This document shows, in pieces, positions 28,600 through 40,714 of a stretch of DNA of 64,000 nt (its first letter is position 1; the number at the start of each line of letters is the position of its first letter). Position numbers and translations under genes: made by a program. The notes under the pieces are model-generated. The model was not told where the DNA came from and did no database searches. It was given only the letters and a program-made list of their open reading frames with translations. Source of the stretch: an uncultured Actinomycetes bacterium (GTDB lineage: Bacteria; Actinomycetota; Thermoleophilia; Gaiellales; Gaiellaceae). Location of the stretch: positions 514,053 through 578,052 of the forward strand of contig CAVOZU010000007.1 in assembly GCA_963701395.1 (NCBI GenBank), given 5' to 3'.

Positions 28600-28613
<14 letters not shown>
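27684..28613 (+). CDS. V/A-type ATPase subunit C-like
   Basis: Operon position; GSVRARLL N-terminus; E..NI motif. Confidence 0.6.
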
Positions 28614-30630
<2,017 letters not shown>

Positions 30631-30634
<4 letters not shown>

Positions 30635-31131
30635 ACCTCGAGCCGCTCCGTCGGGCGCTGCGCGCCGAGACAGAGGCAGCTGCCGTCGAGCGCCGCACCG
30701 AGGTCGCGGCGAGATGCGATCGCGTCGTCGCCGTCGCGGAGGCGGAGGCTCGCCGGCTGACACGACAGGGCCGGCTCGAGGGAGGACAGGTTGCCGAGCG
30801 CGAGGCAGGGCGCCGCCGCGCCACCGCGAGCCGCCGGAGTCGTGAGATCGTGCTCGCGGCCCGACGTCGGCAGCTGGAATCACTCCGGCGCTCCGCCCGC
30901 GGCGCCGTCCAGGACGTACGCGGCGACCCACGCTACCCCGAGCTCCTCGATCGGTTGTCGCAAGCCGTGCGTGCGCAACTCGGCGACGACGCCGAGGTCG
31001 CCGTCGACCCGTCGGGGCTCGGCGGCGTGATCGGCCGCCGAGGCAGCGCCTCGGTCGACTACACGCTGCCGCGCCTCGCCGATCGCGTCGTCGACGGCAT
31101 GGGCGAGGAGCTGGAGACGCTGTGGCGATGA
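30631..31131 (+). CDS. V/A-type ATPase subunit E
   Basis: Coiled coil followed by GGVI..VDYTL. Confidence 0.8.
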
Positions 31132-32846
31132 GCACCGGCAGCGTCCACCGCGTCAGCGGCCCCGTGCTCTCGGTCGCAGGGCTCGAGCCGGAGATGCTCG
31201 AGCTCGTCGAGATCGGCGAGGCACGCCTGCCTGGCGAGGTGATCTCCCTCGAAGGACGAAATGCCATCGTGCAGGTACACGCGTACACGGGTGGCGTGCG
31301 ACCGGGCGACCGCGTCGTCGCCACCGGGCATCCGCTCCGAGCCTTGCTCGGGCCGGGACTGCTCGGAGGCGTCTTCGACGGGATGCTCCGCAGGCTCTCC
31401 GGCGCAGGCGCCGTCCTCGGCGACGGCGACCGCCCCGGCACGCTCGACGAGACGCGACGCTGGCCGTTCACTCCGACCCGGGCCGAAGGCGACCAGGTCG
31501 GGCCGGGAGACCTGCTCGGCGACGTGCCTGAGACGCAGGCGATCGCCTTCCGCGCCCGCGTGCCGCACGGCGCGGGCGGAACGATCGACTGGATCGCACC
31601 CCCCGGGCGCTACGCGGTCGCCGAGCCGGTGGCACGGATCGGCGGTGTCGACGTCACGCTCGCCGAGCACTGGCCGGTGCGGCGCCCGCGGCCACTGGCC
31701 GAGCGGCTGCGCACCGACGTGCCGCTGCGGACAGGCCAGCGCGCGCTCGATCTCTTCTTCCCCGTCGCCCGCGGCGGCAGCGCTGCCGTGCCGGGGGGCT
31801 TCGGGACCGGCAAGACGGTGCTCCTGCAACAGATCGCCAAGTGGTGCGACGCCGACGTCATCGTCTACGTCGGCTGCGGCGAGCGCGGCAACGAGATGGC
31901 CGACGTACTCGAGGAGATGGCCAGGCTCCAAGATCCGCGCACGGGGCGTCCGCTGCTCGACCGCACGGTCCTGATCGCGAACACGTCGAACATGCCCGTG
32001 CTCGCCCGGGAGGCGAGCATCTACACCGGGGTCACCGTCGCCGAGTTCTACCGAGACATGGGGTACGACACGGTGCTGATCGCCGACTCGACGTCACGCT
32101 GGGCGGAGGCGCTGCGGGAGGTGTCCTCGCGGACGGGCGAGCTGCCTGCGGAGGAGGGGTACCCGGCAGGTCTCGCCTCGGCACTCGCCGCTTTCTACGA
32201 GAGGGCAGGGCGTGTCCGGACGTGCGGTGGCGACGACGCGTCCGTGACGATCCTTGCCGCCGTGTCCCCCCCGGGCGGCGACATGACCGAGCCGGTCAGC
32301 TCGCACACGCGCCGATTCGTGCGATGCGTCTGGTCGCTCGACCCCGACCTCGCGTACGCGCGCCACTACCCGGCAGTCAGCTGGCGCGACTCCTCGACCC
32401 GTGACGCCGAGCGCGTCGCCGAGTGGCACCTCTCGCAGCAGGAGCCGGGGTGGAACGCGCAGAGGGAGCGCGCGCTGCGCCTGCTCGCGGACGCCGACCA
32501 TCTCGAGTCGATCGCGCAGCTCGTGGGTGCCGGATCGCTTCCCGATCGCGAGCGCGTGACGATGCTGACGGGGCGGCTGTTGCGCGCCTCGGTGCTCCAG
32601 CAGAGCAGCCTGAGCCCGAACGACGCGTATTGCGCTCCCACGAAGCAGCAAGCGCTGCTCGAGCTCGTGTTGAGCGTCCACGACGCATGCGTCGGCCTCG
32701 TCGAGCGGGGTGTCTCGGTCGGACAGGTCGAGCAGCTGGACCTGTCGCCCGCTTCACGAGCGCGCGACACGACGGCTCCCGACGACGCCGCCGGCGTGAA
32801 GGTGATCAAGGATCGGCTCCTCGCCGTGCTCGGAGAGCTGGCATGA
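31128..32846 (+). CDS. V/A-type ATPase subunit A
   Basis: GGFGTGKT Walker A, GCGERGNE, ADSTSRWAEALRE. Confidence 0.97.
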   Translation: MSTGSVHRVSGPVLSVAGLEPEMLELVEIGEARLPGEVISLEGRNAIVQVHAYTGGVRPGDRVVATGHPLRALLGPGLLGGVFDGMLRRLSGAGAVLGDGDRPGTLDETRRWPFTPTRAEGDQVGPGDLLGDVPETQAIAFRARVPHGAGGTIDWIAPPGRYAVAEPVARIGGVDVTLAEHWPVRRPRPLAERLRTDVPLRTGQRALDLFFPVARGGSAAVPGGFGTGKTVLLQQIAKWCDADVIVYVGCGERGNEMADVLEEMARLQDPRTGRPLLDRTVLIANTSNMPVLAREASIYTGVTVAEFYRDMGYDTVLIADSTSRWAEALREVSSRTGELPAEEGYPAGLASALAAFYERAGRVRTCGGDDASVTILAAVSPPGGDMTEPVSSHTRRFVRCVWSLDPDLAYARHYPAVSWRDSSTRDAERVAEWHLSQQEPGWNAQRERALRLLADADHLESIAQLVGAGSLPDRERVTMLTGRLLRASVLQQSSLSPNDAYCAPTKQQALLELVLSVHDACVGLVERGVSVGQVEQLDLSPASRARDTTAPDDAAGVKVIKDRLLAVLGELA

Positions 32847-34249
32847 GGCTGCGCGCCCCTGTCGAGTACTCGGCGCTGACGTCGATCAAGGGCCCGCTGT
32901 TGTGCGTCGAGGGCGTGCAGGGCGTCGGCTGGGACGAGGTCGCCGAGATCCATCTCGACTCCGGCGAGGTTCGCCACGGCATCGTGCTCGAGGTTGCCGG
33001 AGAGCTCGCGGTGGTGCAGGTCTTCGAGGGCACGCAGGGGCTCTCCCTCGGGGGCGCCCGCGTATCGTTCGGCGGCGGCCCGATGCGCATCCCCGTCTCC
33101 GCTGCGTGGCTGGGCCGCGTGTGCAACGGTCGCGGCGAGCCGCTGGATGGGGGCCCGCCGGTGATCGGCGCGGAGCTGCGCGAGATCGGAGGGCACCCCA
33201 TCAACCCGGCGGCCCGGGCGACTCCCGGAGACCCGATCCTCACCGGCGTGTCGGTGATCGACGGGCTGGCGACGCTCGTACGTGGACAGAAGCTCCCGAT
33301 CTTCTCGATCGGCGGGCTGCCCCACCTCGAGCTCGCGGCACAGGTGGCCGCCCAGGCGACGGTGAGGGACGAGCCGTTCGCCGTCGTGTTCGCCGCGATG
33401 GGAGTGACGAACGCCGATGCCTCGATGATGCGCGAGCGCCTCGAGCTGCGTGAGCCGTCCGACGACCTCGTGCTGGTGCTCAACACGGCGGACGATCCGC
33501 TCGTGGAGCGGATCACCGCGCCGCGGCTGGCGCTGACGATCGCCGAGCACCTCGCGTTCGATCTCGATCGGCACGTGCTCGTCGTGATGGCCGACATGAC
33601 GAGCTACTGCGAGGCGGTGCGCGAGGTGGCCTCGTCTCGCGGCGAGATCCCGAGCCGTCGCGGCTACCCCGGCTACCTGTACAGCGACCTCGCGAGCATC
33701 TACGAGCGCGCGGGTCGCATCCACGGGAAGCAGGGATCCGTGACCCAGGTGCCCGTGCTGACGATGCCCGGTGAGGACATCACGCATCCCGTTCCCGACC
33801 TGACGGGCTACATCACCGAAGGCCAGATCGTGCTCTCCCACGATCTCCACGTGAGGGGCGTGTATCCGCCGTTCGACCCGCTGCGCTCGCTGTCGCGGCT
33901 GATGCGCCTCGGCGCAGGCCCGGCCAAGACGCGGGCAGACCACCTGGAGATCGCGGCGCAGCTGTACGCGTTCGTGGCCCAGGCTCGCCGCATCGCAGAC
34001 CTCGCCGAGGTCGTCGGCGTCGACGCCCTGAGTGAGGGCGAGGCCGGCTACCTGACGTTCGTCGAGGCCTTCGAGTCCGGGTTCGTCGGCCAGGACGGCG
34101 CCGAGCTGAGGCCGTTGGACGAGACGCTCGACCGTGCGTGGACGGTGGCTTCCACGCTTCCTGCGCGGGAGCTGACGATGGTCTCCGAGGAAGCGCTAGC
34201 GACGCACTACGGTCGCGAAGGAGGTGGCGATGAGGGTTCCCCCGGGTAG
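32843..34249 (+). CDS. V/A-type ATPase subunit B
   Basis: RGQKLPIFS, RRGYPGYLYSDL, HPVPDLTGYITEGQ. Confidence 0.97.
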   Translation: MRLRAPVEYSALTSIKGPLLCVEGVQGVGWDEVAEIHLDSGEVRHGIVLEVAGELAVVQVFEGTQGLSLGGARVSFGGGPMRIPVSAAWLGRVCNGRGEPLDGGPPVIGAELREIGGHPINPAARATPGDPILTGVSVIDGLATLVRGQKLPIFSIGGLPHLELAAQVAAQATVRDEPFAVVFAAMGVTNADASMMRERLELREPSDDLVLVLNTADDPLVERITAPRLALTIAEHLAFDLDRHVLVVMADMTSYCEAVREVASSRGEIPSRRGYPGYLYSDLASIYERAGRIHGKQGSVTQVPVLTMPGEDITHPVPDLTGYITEGQIVLSHDLHVRGVYPPFDPLRSLSRLMRLGAGPAKTRADHLEIAAQLYAFVAQARRIADLAEVVGVDALSEGEAGYLTFVEAFESGFVGQDGAELRPLDETLDRAWTVASTLPARELTMVSEEALATHYGREGGGDEGSPG

Positions 34250-34835
34250 GGCGGGTCGCCTGTGGCTCCTGCGGCGGCTCGAGGTCGCGGGGCGCGGCAC
34301 CGAGGTCCTCGAGCAGAAGCGGCAGACGCTCCTGCGCGAGCGGCAGAAGACGGCGCGTGCGTTGGTCGCTGCCGCCGGGGCCTGGGAGGAACAGGGACGG
34401 GCGGCGGCGGAGTGGAACGACCGCGCGCTCACGCTCGCCGGTGCGCGCCGGCTGCGGTTGGCCGCGCTGCACGGCGCCGGTTCCGCCAAGGCACACGTTG
34501 GCTGGCGGAACGCTCTCGGCACGATGGTGCCCGACGCGGTGCACGTCGAGTTCACGGCGGAGCGGGGTGCCGTCTCATCAGGTGGCGGCGCCGGCGTCGC
34601 CCTCTGTGCGGCCGCTCATCGCAGCGCCCTGGGCGCCGCCGCAGCCTTCGCGGCCGCGCGCGCGGCCGACGAGGCCGTCGCCGCGGAGCTCGTCGCCACG
34701 ACCCGGCGGTTGCGCGCGATCGAGCGGCGCTGGATCCCAGAGCACGAGTCGGCACTCCGACAGCTCGAGCTCACGCTCGCCGAGCACGAGCTCGAGGACG
34801 CTGCCCGGGCGCGCTTCGCGCTCGAGCGGCGCTGA
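34224..34835 (+). CDS. V/A-type ATPase subunit D
   Basis: RG..VLEQKR, TTRRLRAIE...IP. Confidence 0.88.
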   Translation: MAMRVPPGRAGRLWLLRRLEVAGRGTEVLEQKRQTLLRERQKTARALVAAAGAWEEQGRAAAEWNDRALTLAGARRLRLAALHGAGSAKAHVGWRNALGTMVPDAVHVEFTAERGAVSSGGGAGVALCAAAHRSALGAAAAFAAARAADEAVAAELVATTRRLRAIERRWIPEHESALRQLELTLAEHELEDAARARFALERR

Positions 34836-34838
34836 GCG

Positions 34839-35507
34839 TCAGCTGCTGCGAGCCGGCTGCGGCACGACGCGCAGGTACGGCAACGGCTGCTCCCACCCGT
34901 CCGGGTACTTCTCCTTCGCCTCGTCGTCGGAGACGGCCGAGACGATGATCACGTCGTCGCCGTCCTGCCAGTCGGCAGGTGTGGAGACCTTCTCCCGAGC
35001 CGTCAGCTGCAGCGAGTCGAGGAGCCGGAGAATCTCGGCGAAGTTGCGCCCGGTGGTCATCGGGTAGGTGAGCGTGGCCTTGACCTTCTTGTCAGGGCCG
35101 ACGACGAAGACCGCGCGCGCCGTCTGGTTGTCGACGGGGGTCCGGCCCGCCGCCGTGTCGCCTGCATCCGCAGGGAGCATGTCGTACTGCTTGACGATGT
35201 CGAGCGTCGGGTCGCCGACGAGCGGATAGTTGAGGGAGTTGCCGTGCAAGGACTCGATGTCCTTCGCCCACGCCTGGTGATCGGAGACCGCGTCGACGCT
35301 GATGCCGAGCACCTTGCAGTTGCGCCTGTCGAACTCGGGCTTGAGACCCGCGACGGCGCTCAGCTCCGTCGTGCAGACGGGCGTGAAGTCCTTCGGGTGC
35401 GAGAACAGGATCGCCCAGCCGTCGCCGATCCAATCGTGAAACTCGATCGGTCCCTCGGTCGTGTCGGCCGCGAAGTCGGGTGCCTCGTCGTTGATGCGCA
35501 GGGTCAT
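34839..35507 (-). CDS. 1-Cys peroxiredoxin (Prx6)
   Basis: FSHPKDFTPVCTTE, YPMTTGRNF. Confidence 0.95.
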   Translation of the reverse strand: MTLRINDEAPDFAADTTEGPIEFHDWIGDGWAILFSHPKDFTPVCTTELSAVAGLKPEFDRRNCKVLGISVDAVSDHQAWAKDIESLHGNSLNYPLVGDPTLDIVKQYDMLPADAGDTAAGRTPVDNQTARAVFVVGPDKKVKATLTYPMTTGRNFAEILRLLDSLQLTAREKVSTPADWQDGDDVIIVSAVSDDEAKEKYPDGWEQPLPYLRVVPQPARSS

Positions 35508-35594
35508 TGCGCCTCCCTCCTGCAGAGATACCTTGGTGGACGTCCGATTCTATACTAATTGAAGTGTTACGCCCAGCCGCGCGCCGGGGTGAGG

Positions 35595-36260
35595 CTAGGA
35601 CAGGTCGATGCGGTCGGCCCGGAGATGCCCGAGTCGCAGTTCCCGCTCCGCTGCGAGGAACGCGTCCATCGTCTCGCGCATCGTCGTGCCCTCGTACGCC
35701 CAGATCTCGGGATGGGCGTTCACGTGGAGCCAGTCGAGCCCACCCTGCGCGAGCTCACGGTGCGGGCAGTGCCCGGGGCGGTCGCGGAAGCGCCAGTTCT
35801 GGTTCGAGTCGGAGCGGAAGTGCGCCGGGTCGTACCACGGCTCGCTCATCGCGTTGGTGGCGCCGTCGATCGGTGCCGTCTGGTAGGCGCGGTCGGGGTT
35901 GTGCCAGGCGACGACGGGATCGAACCGCTCGTCGAGATCGACGTTGGGCCAGATCGCGTGGTGCGCGACCCGGCCACCGAGCTCGCGGAGCCGTGCGATC
36001 GTTCGCTCACCTTCCTCCGAGAGGAGGTTGTAGAACACCGAACGGGTCATCAGGAACCACGTCGACCACGCGCCGGCGGCGGCTTCCACCTCGGCCATGA
36101 GCAGGGCGGCTTCGAGGGACAGGTCGACGTCGTGGCGGATGATCAGATCTCCGGTCTCGGGTGGCCGGTCGAAACCGGCGAAGCGGTAGCCGCCAGCCTT
36201 GGCTGCTTCGAGCAGCTCGCGGTAGTGCGCGAGCGAGAACGCGCAGCTCTCCCCGTTCAC
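35595..36260 (-). CDS. polysaccharide deacetylase-like protein
   Basis: RHDVD, AWHNP, SDS..W, H.NAHP. Confidence 0.7.
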   Translation of the reverse strand: MNGESCAFSLAHYRELLEAAKAGGYRFAGFDRPPETGDLIIRHDVDLSLEAALLMAEVEAAAGAWSTWFLMTRSVFYNLLSEEGERTIARLRELGGRVAHHAIWPNVDLDERFDPVVAWHNPDRAYQTAPIDGATNAMSEPWYDPAHFRSDSNQNWRFRDRPGHCPHRELAQGGLDWLHVNAHPEIWAYEGTTMRETMDAFLAAERELRLGHLRADRIDLS

Positions 36261-37471
36261 GGCTGTGCCTCCACGTCGATCTCGACGAGCGCGGCAGCTG
36301 CATCCGCGTGCTCGAGCGCCTGCTCACGCGTGGAGCCGGTGGCGATCACGTACCCGCGACGATCGGAGATCACTCGCATGGGGACGATCGTCTCACCCAC
36401 GGCCGAGTAGATCGACGCATCGACCACCCCCGGCGAAGCGAGCACCGGGTCGAGCGGGCCGATTCGCGTCACCCTCCCGGGCCGGAGATGACCCGGCTCG
36501 GCGGTCAGGAAGCGGATCGCTGTGGGCCGCTCGAAGCGCGGCCGCATCATCTCTTCCGCGACTTCCTCGCCGAGCGCCAGGCGAAGCTGCACCTCGAGCA
36601 GGTCGATCCCGAGCGCGTGCTCGAGCAACTCGCCCATCATCCCCCCGATCCGTGCCGCGCACTCGACGACGAGCACCCGCCCGTCGTCGGTCGCGATCAG
36701 CTGGGGAAACGCGATCCCGGTCTCGAGACCGAGCGCGAGCGCGGTCTCGGCAGCGATGTGCTGCGCCGTCTCCAGCCGCTCGCCGGCGAGGTGCGGCGGG
36801 TAGAGGTGGATCCAGCTCACGCCGAAGCCAAGCCCGGACGGTCGTAGCCGGTCGCCGAGCGCGACGAGCAGCACACGCCCCTCGTGCACGACGACGATGC
36901 CGTTCATCTCGATGCCGTCGACGTACTCCTCGAGGATCGCCTCCTCGCCGGGCGAGACCGCGATCGCCTCGTCGAGGTGGGCGCGGACGTCGGCTTCAGA
37001 CTCGACGCGAAAGAGGCCGTGCTGGCCGCTCCCCGACCCGGGCTTGAGCACCGCGGGGAAGCCGACGACCTGTGCGGCACGCTCCGCCTCGGCCGAGGCG
37101 GAGAGCGTGGTGAACCGCGGCTGGGGGACACCCGCATCGTGCAGGCGTCGCCGCATGTCCGGCTTGCTCGTCATCAGGCGCGCCGTCTCGACCCCGATCC
37201 CCGGGATCCCGAGCGCCTCGGCGAGTCGTGCCACCATCGGCACGGCGCGCTCCGCCTGGACGGTCGTGACGCCGTCGATCTCGAGGTCGTCGATCGCCGC
37301 CAGCACCGCGGCCGGGTCGGCGAAGTCGACGACCCGGCCGATGTCGGCCTCGGCCAGACCCGGCGCGTCCGGGTTGCGATCGACCGCTACCACTCGGAGC
37401 CCGAGCTCCCGCGCGCGGCGGATCGCGGCGCGCTGGTACCGGCCGGCACCGACGATGAGAACGGTCTTCAT
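36257..37471 (-). CDS. ATP-grasp ligase
   Basis: GFPAVLKP, EEYVDG.E, VECAARIGG, DRRGYVI. Confidence 0.88.
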   Translation of the reverse strand: MKTVLIVGAGRYQRAAIRRARELGLRVVAVDRNPDAPGLAEADIGRVVDFADPAAVLAAIDDLEIDGVTTVQAERAVPMVARLAEALGIPGIGVETARLMTSKPDMRRRLHDAGVPQPRFTTLSASAEAERAAQVVGFPAVLKPGSGSGQHGLFRVESEADVRAHLDEAIAVSPGEEAILEEYVDGIEMNGIVVVHEGRVLLVALGDRLRPSGLGFGVSWIHLYPPHLAGERLETAQHIAAETALALGLETGIAFPQLIATDDGRVLVVECAARIGGMMGELLEHALGIDLLEVQLRLALGEEVAEEMMRPRFERPTAIRFLTAEPGHLRPGRVTRIGPLDPVLASPGVVDASIYSAVGETIVPMRVISDRRGYVIATGSTREQALEHADAAAALVEIDVEAQP

Positions 37472-37684
37472 CGACTCGCGATGCTACTCGCGGGAGGCTC
37501 CGGCGCGTTCGATCGGAACTCTCTCGTCGGCAGGGTGGCCGCCGCGCCGAGCCCGTTCTTCGCAGACCGATCGGACTGGATCGGCCACAGGCTGGCTCCG
37601 TAGTCCGTTCGCATGGGCGATCGTGCTTGCCCCGGATGCGCGAGCGACCGAGGTCGGCGAGCCTGTTGTTCAGGAGGTGTTGTC

Positions 37685-38329
37685 ATGCACGTAGCGACAC
37701 GAAGACCACCGGTCGCGCTCGAGGGTGTGCTGGCGCCCCACTTGAGCCGATGGCTGTGGCTCGTCAAATGGCTGCTCGCGATTCCGCACTTCGTCGTGTT
37801 GTTCTTCCTCTGGGTCGCCTTTTCCGTGCTCACGTTGATCGCGTTCTTCGCGGTGCTGTTCACGGGGCGCTACCCGAGGGGGATCTTCGACTTCAACGTG
37901 GGGGTCCTACGCTGGTCGTGGCGGGTCGCCTTCTACACGTTCGGTGCGCTCGGCACGGACGAGTACCCACCGTTCACGCTCGGTGAGGTACCCGACTACC
38001 CGGCCCAACTGGCGATCGACTACCCGCAGGACCTGCGCCGTGGTCTCCCCCTCGTCGGCTGGTGGCTGCTCGGCATCCCGCAGTACGCGATCGCGGGCAT
38101 CTTCGCGACGTCGGGAAATCCCGGGCTCGTCGGCATCCTCGTCCTCGTCGCCGGGATTGTGCTGCTGTTCACGGATCGATACCCGAGGGAGATATTCGAT
38201 CTCGTGCTCGGCCTCGACCGCTGGGTGCTGCGCGTGATCGCCTACGGGGCGTTCATGACCCGCGACTACCCGCCGTTCCGACTCGATACGGGAGCGCAGG
38301 AGCCTGTCCTCGAGATGAAGGAGGAGTAG
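37685..38329 (+). CDS. DUF4389 membrane protein
   Basis: Two LFT.RYP..IFD..YPPF repeats. Confidence 0.88.
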   Translation: MHVATRRPPVALEGVLAPHLSRWLWLVKWLLAIPHFVVLFFLWVAFSVLTLIAFFAVLFTGRYPRGIFDFNVGVLRWSWRVAFYTFGALGTDEYPPFTLGEVPDYPAQLAIDYPQDLRRGLPLVGWWLLGIPQYAIAGIFATSGNPGLVGILVLVAGIVLLFTDRYPREIFDLVLGLDRWVLRVIAYGAFMTRDYPPFRLDTGAQEPVLEMKEE

Positions 38330-38334
38330 ACAGC

Positions 38335-38754
38335 GTGGCGCCGGCCCAGGGCGAGAACGAGCTGACTCGACCGGCGCCGCAAATCCGCGCGTCGGCCCGG
38401 CAGGCTGTAGCGCACGCGGCGTCGATCGTGCGACTCGAGAAGGAGCTCGCACGCGCCGAGCTCGAGCACAAGGGCATGAGCCTGGGCGCCGGCGCGGGAG
38501 CCGCCGTCGCCGCGGGTGTGTTCCTGCTCTTCGCCGTCGGGTTCGGTCTCGCCACTGCCGTCGCCGTGCTCGCGCTCGTCGTGCCCTGGTGGCTTGCGCT
38601 CCTGCTCGTGTTCTCGATGCTCCTTGTCTTCGTGCTCGTCCTCGTGCTCGTCTCGCGGAGCCTCTTCCGGAATGGCACGCCGCTGGCGCCGGAGCAAGCG
38701 ATCGCCGAGGCGCGGCTGACGAAGCAAGTCCTGAGGGGCACCCGTGCCGGGTGA
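38335..38754 (+). CDS. actinobacterial holin-like (DUF1469) membrane protein
   Basis: R.E.ELARAEL, two TMs, PEQAI. Confidence 0.8.
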   Translation: MAPAQGENELTRPAPQIRASARQAVAHAASIVRLEKELARAELEHKGMSLGAGAGAAVAAGVFLLFAVGFGLATAVAVLALVVPWWLALLLVFSMLLVFVLVLVLVSRSLFRNGTPLAPEQAIAEARLTKQVLRGTRAG

Positions 38755-38944
38755 GCGCCGGAGCGAGCAGGAGATCCGTCGCGAGATCGCGTCCGAGCGG
38801 GAGCAGTTGGCCGACGCGATCGCCGACCTGCGCAAGGGCATCGACGGGAAGCGCAGGGTTGCCGCCGTCGTCGGCGGCGTGACCGCGGCCGCGTTCGCAG
38901 CCGCGGCAGTGCTCACGTTCGCCCGGCGCCTCAGAGACGGCTAG
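38744..38944 (+). CDS. DUF3618-like small protein
   Basis: IRREI..R.QLADAI..L followed by a TM. Confidence 0.75.
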   Translation: MPGERRSEQEIRREIASEREQLADAIADLRKGIDGKRRVAAVVGGVTAAAFAAAAVLTFARRLRDG

Positions 38945-39185
38945 CTGATTGATGCCACGGGGTCGTCTGCTGCGGGGCGTGAGCAGGCTGCTCTGGGGCG
39001 CGGGGCGGGACAGCGGCGGCGATGCCGGGCGCCTCGGTGGCGCTGTCCCGTCGCGAAGCGCACGCTCGGCCGGAGCGGCCCAGACGCGCCTGGTCGCGCA
39101 TCCGCACGCCTGAGAACGTGGCCTCAATCATCTAGGCGGCCGCCGCTGCCGAGCCGACGGGTCGCCCACTCGCGCGGCCGCCCGG

Positions 39186-39489
39186 TCACTCCGGCCGAGT
39201 CCGGTGCCGCTCCTCGTCGAGGAGATACTGCTGCAGCTTGCGCTCCTCGAGCCCGCGCCCGTCGACGACGTACGCCAGAGCGTGGAACGCCAACGCCAGA
39301 CCCCACGCACCGGTCACCCAGTAGGCCCAGTCGAGCTGTCCTCCGAGCCCTATGTCGAGGATCCACAGGAACGCATTGAATGATCAGGAACGTCCCCGTG
39401 TGCCAGAGCAGGCCTGTGAGGTACTCGGCCCGCCTCCGGGCGCGCGCCTCGGGCGTCTGTCTCCCCTCCCGCGCAACGAGAGTGCCCAT
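39186..39489 (-). pseudogene. 2TM domain protein, one frameshift
   Basis: ..WH..FLII / NAFLWILD..W..W..WGLALAFH..EERK; +1 indel near 39380. Confidence 0.7.
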
Positions 39490-39698
39490 AACAGGCTCCT
39501 TTCCGTCCCCTGCAGGATCACACTCGCATCGCACGCCGGCATCAGCTGCCACGCCGATCGTCGATCCGCGAATCCCCGTACCCGAAGCGCAAGCACCGCA
39601 GCGGCCTCGAACGATCCAACGTCCGGCCCTCGCCAAGGAAAGCGTTGCGCCCATGCGGCCGCGAAGCGGCCGCCTTCAGGGATCGCCGCGGGTAAGAG

Positions 39699-39771
39699 TG
39701 GGCGGTACTGGGCTCGAACCAGTGACCCCCAGCTTGTCGAGCTGGTGCTCTCCCAACTGAGCTAACCGCCC
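39699..39771 (-). tRNA. tRNA-Val(GAC)
   Basis: GGGCGGTTAGCTCAGTTGGGAGAGCACCAGCTC-GAC-AAGCTGGGGGTCACTGGTTCGAGCCCAGTACCGCCCA folds as a cloverleaf. Confidence 0.97.
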
Positions 39772-39889
39772 AAAAGTAGCCCATTTGCAGGGCTTTTAAC
39801 ACGTTCTTAACGGATCACGCTCTTACAACTTTTTGAAAAGCGCGCAATCCAGGTCGATTCTAGCCGACCTGGCGAGCGGCTCGCGACAC

Positions 39890-40245
39890 TCACTCGGAGC
39901 CGACGAGGCGTATCTCCGTATCCGGAAACGCATCCTTGAACCAGCCGATCACGCGCGCCCGGCACGTGCCCTCCGTAGTAGACGTAGATGGTCACACACC
40001 GCCGGGTCGGCTCCTCGAGCTGGTAGATGCTCCGCAGCACCGAGCACGTCGCCGACCCGCCGCCCCCTCCCCCACGCCGCCTCGAGCTGCTCCGCGTGCG
40101 CCGGCCAACCGTCACCAGGCCCACCTACCGGCCAGACCGCTTCCCCGTCGACCTCGTTCCACCCCCACTTGAAGTGCTCGGCCTCAGGGTCGGGTTCTGC
40201 CGGACGCCAGTCCTCCCACACGTCGCCGGGACTGTCGTCGCTCAC
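39890..40245 (-). CDS. hypothetical protein (FKWGWNEVDG family), frameshifted near the 3' end
   Basis: Start overlaps the XRE stop (GTGA); a homologue lies at 59.3 kb. Confidence 0.6.
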
Positions 40246-40556
40246 ACGGACTTCAGCTTCGTGCGGCCGCGCCTGATGCGCTTCTCGACCCTGTCATAGC
40301 GCTCAGGGTCAGCGAGCTCTTTGGCAAGGAGATCCGAGAACTCGGCTCCCATCAGGCGGTCGGTGCTGATCTGAAAGAGATCCGCGATATCGATCGCCTT
40401 CGCAAGCGACGGCGTCGACTTGCCGTTCATCCAGCTGCTCATCGTCGCTTCGGAGACGCCGAGCAGCTGCGCCGTGAAGTGCTGGGTCAGACCGTGCAGG
40501 CCGAGAAGCCGGACGAAGTTGTCGGTGAAGCGTGCCGGTTCGCGATCGTCAGCCAT
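40242..40556 (-). CDS. XRE/Cro-CI family HTH regulator
   Basis: LTQ..AQLLGVSEATMSSW.NGK.TP..IADLF..STD.L; GAGGAG Shine-Dalgarno. Confidence 0.9.
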   Translation of the reverse strand: MADDREPARFTDNFVRLLGLHGLTQHFTAQLLGVSEATMSSWMNGKSTPSLAKAIDIADLFQISTDRLMGAEFSDLLAKELADPERYDRVEKRIRRGRTKLKSV

Positions 40557-40675
40557 TAGCGCTCCTCAAGAAAGTTCAAGCGCACTGTAGCGCGGCTCGG
40601 TATCTTGATGCCCCGCTCCGAGCGGGAACGCGTGTGATCAGCCGTTCGGCCGCGCGCCACTGTCCTCAAGCGAGA

Positions 40676-40699
40676 GAACACTCGCGCATGCGAGTGTTC
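40676..40699. repeat. 10-bp inverted repeat just upstream of the recombinase (operator or att-related)
   Basis: GAACACTCGC-gcat-GCGAGTGTTC. Confidence 0.55.
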
Positions 40700-40714
40700 G
40701 TGTATGTTACTTGA

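Noticed and set aside
38335-38944. Holin-like gene as evidence of a prophage
   Set aside because: DUF1469/DUF3618 pairs are common chromosomal genes in Actinobacteria; no phage structural or lysin genes are nearby.
39699-39771. tRNA-Val as the att site of the island
   Set aside because: No duplicated tRNA 3' end seen in the window, and the island lies on the tRNA's 5' side.
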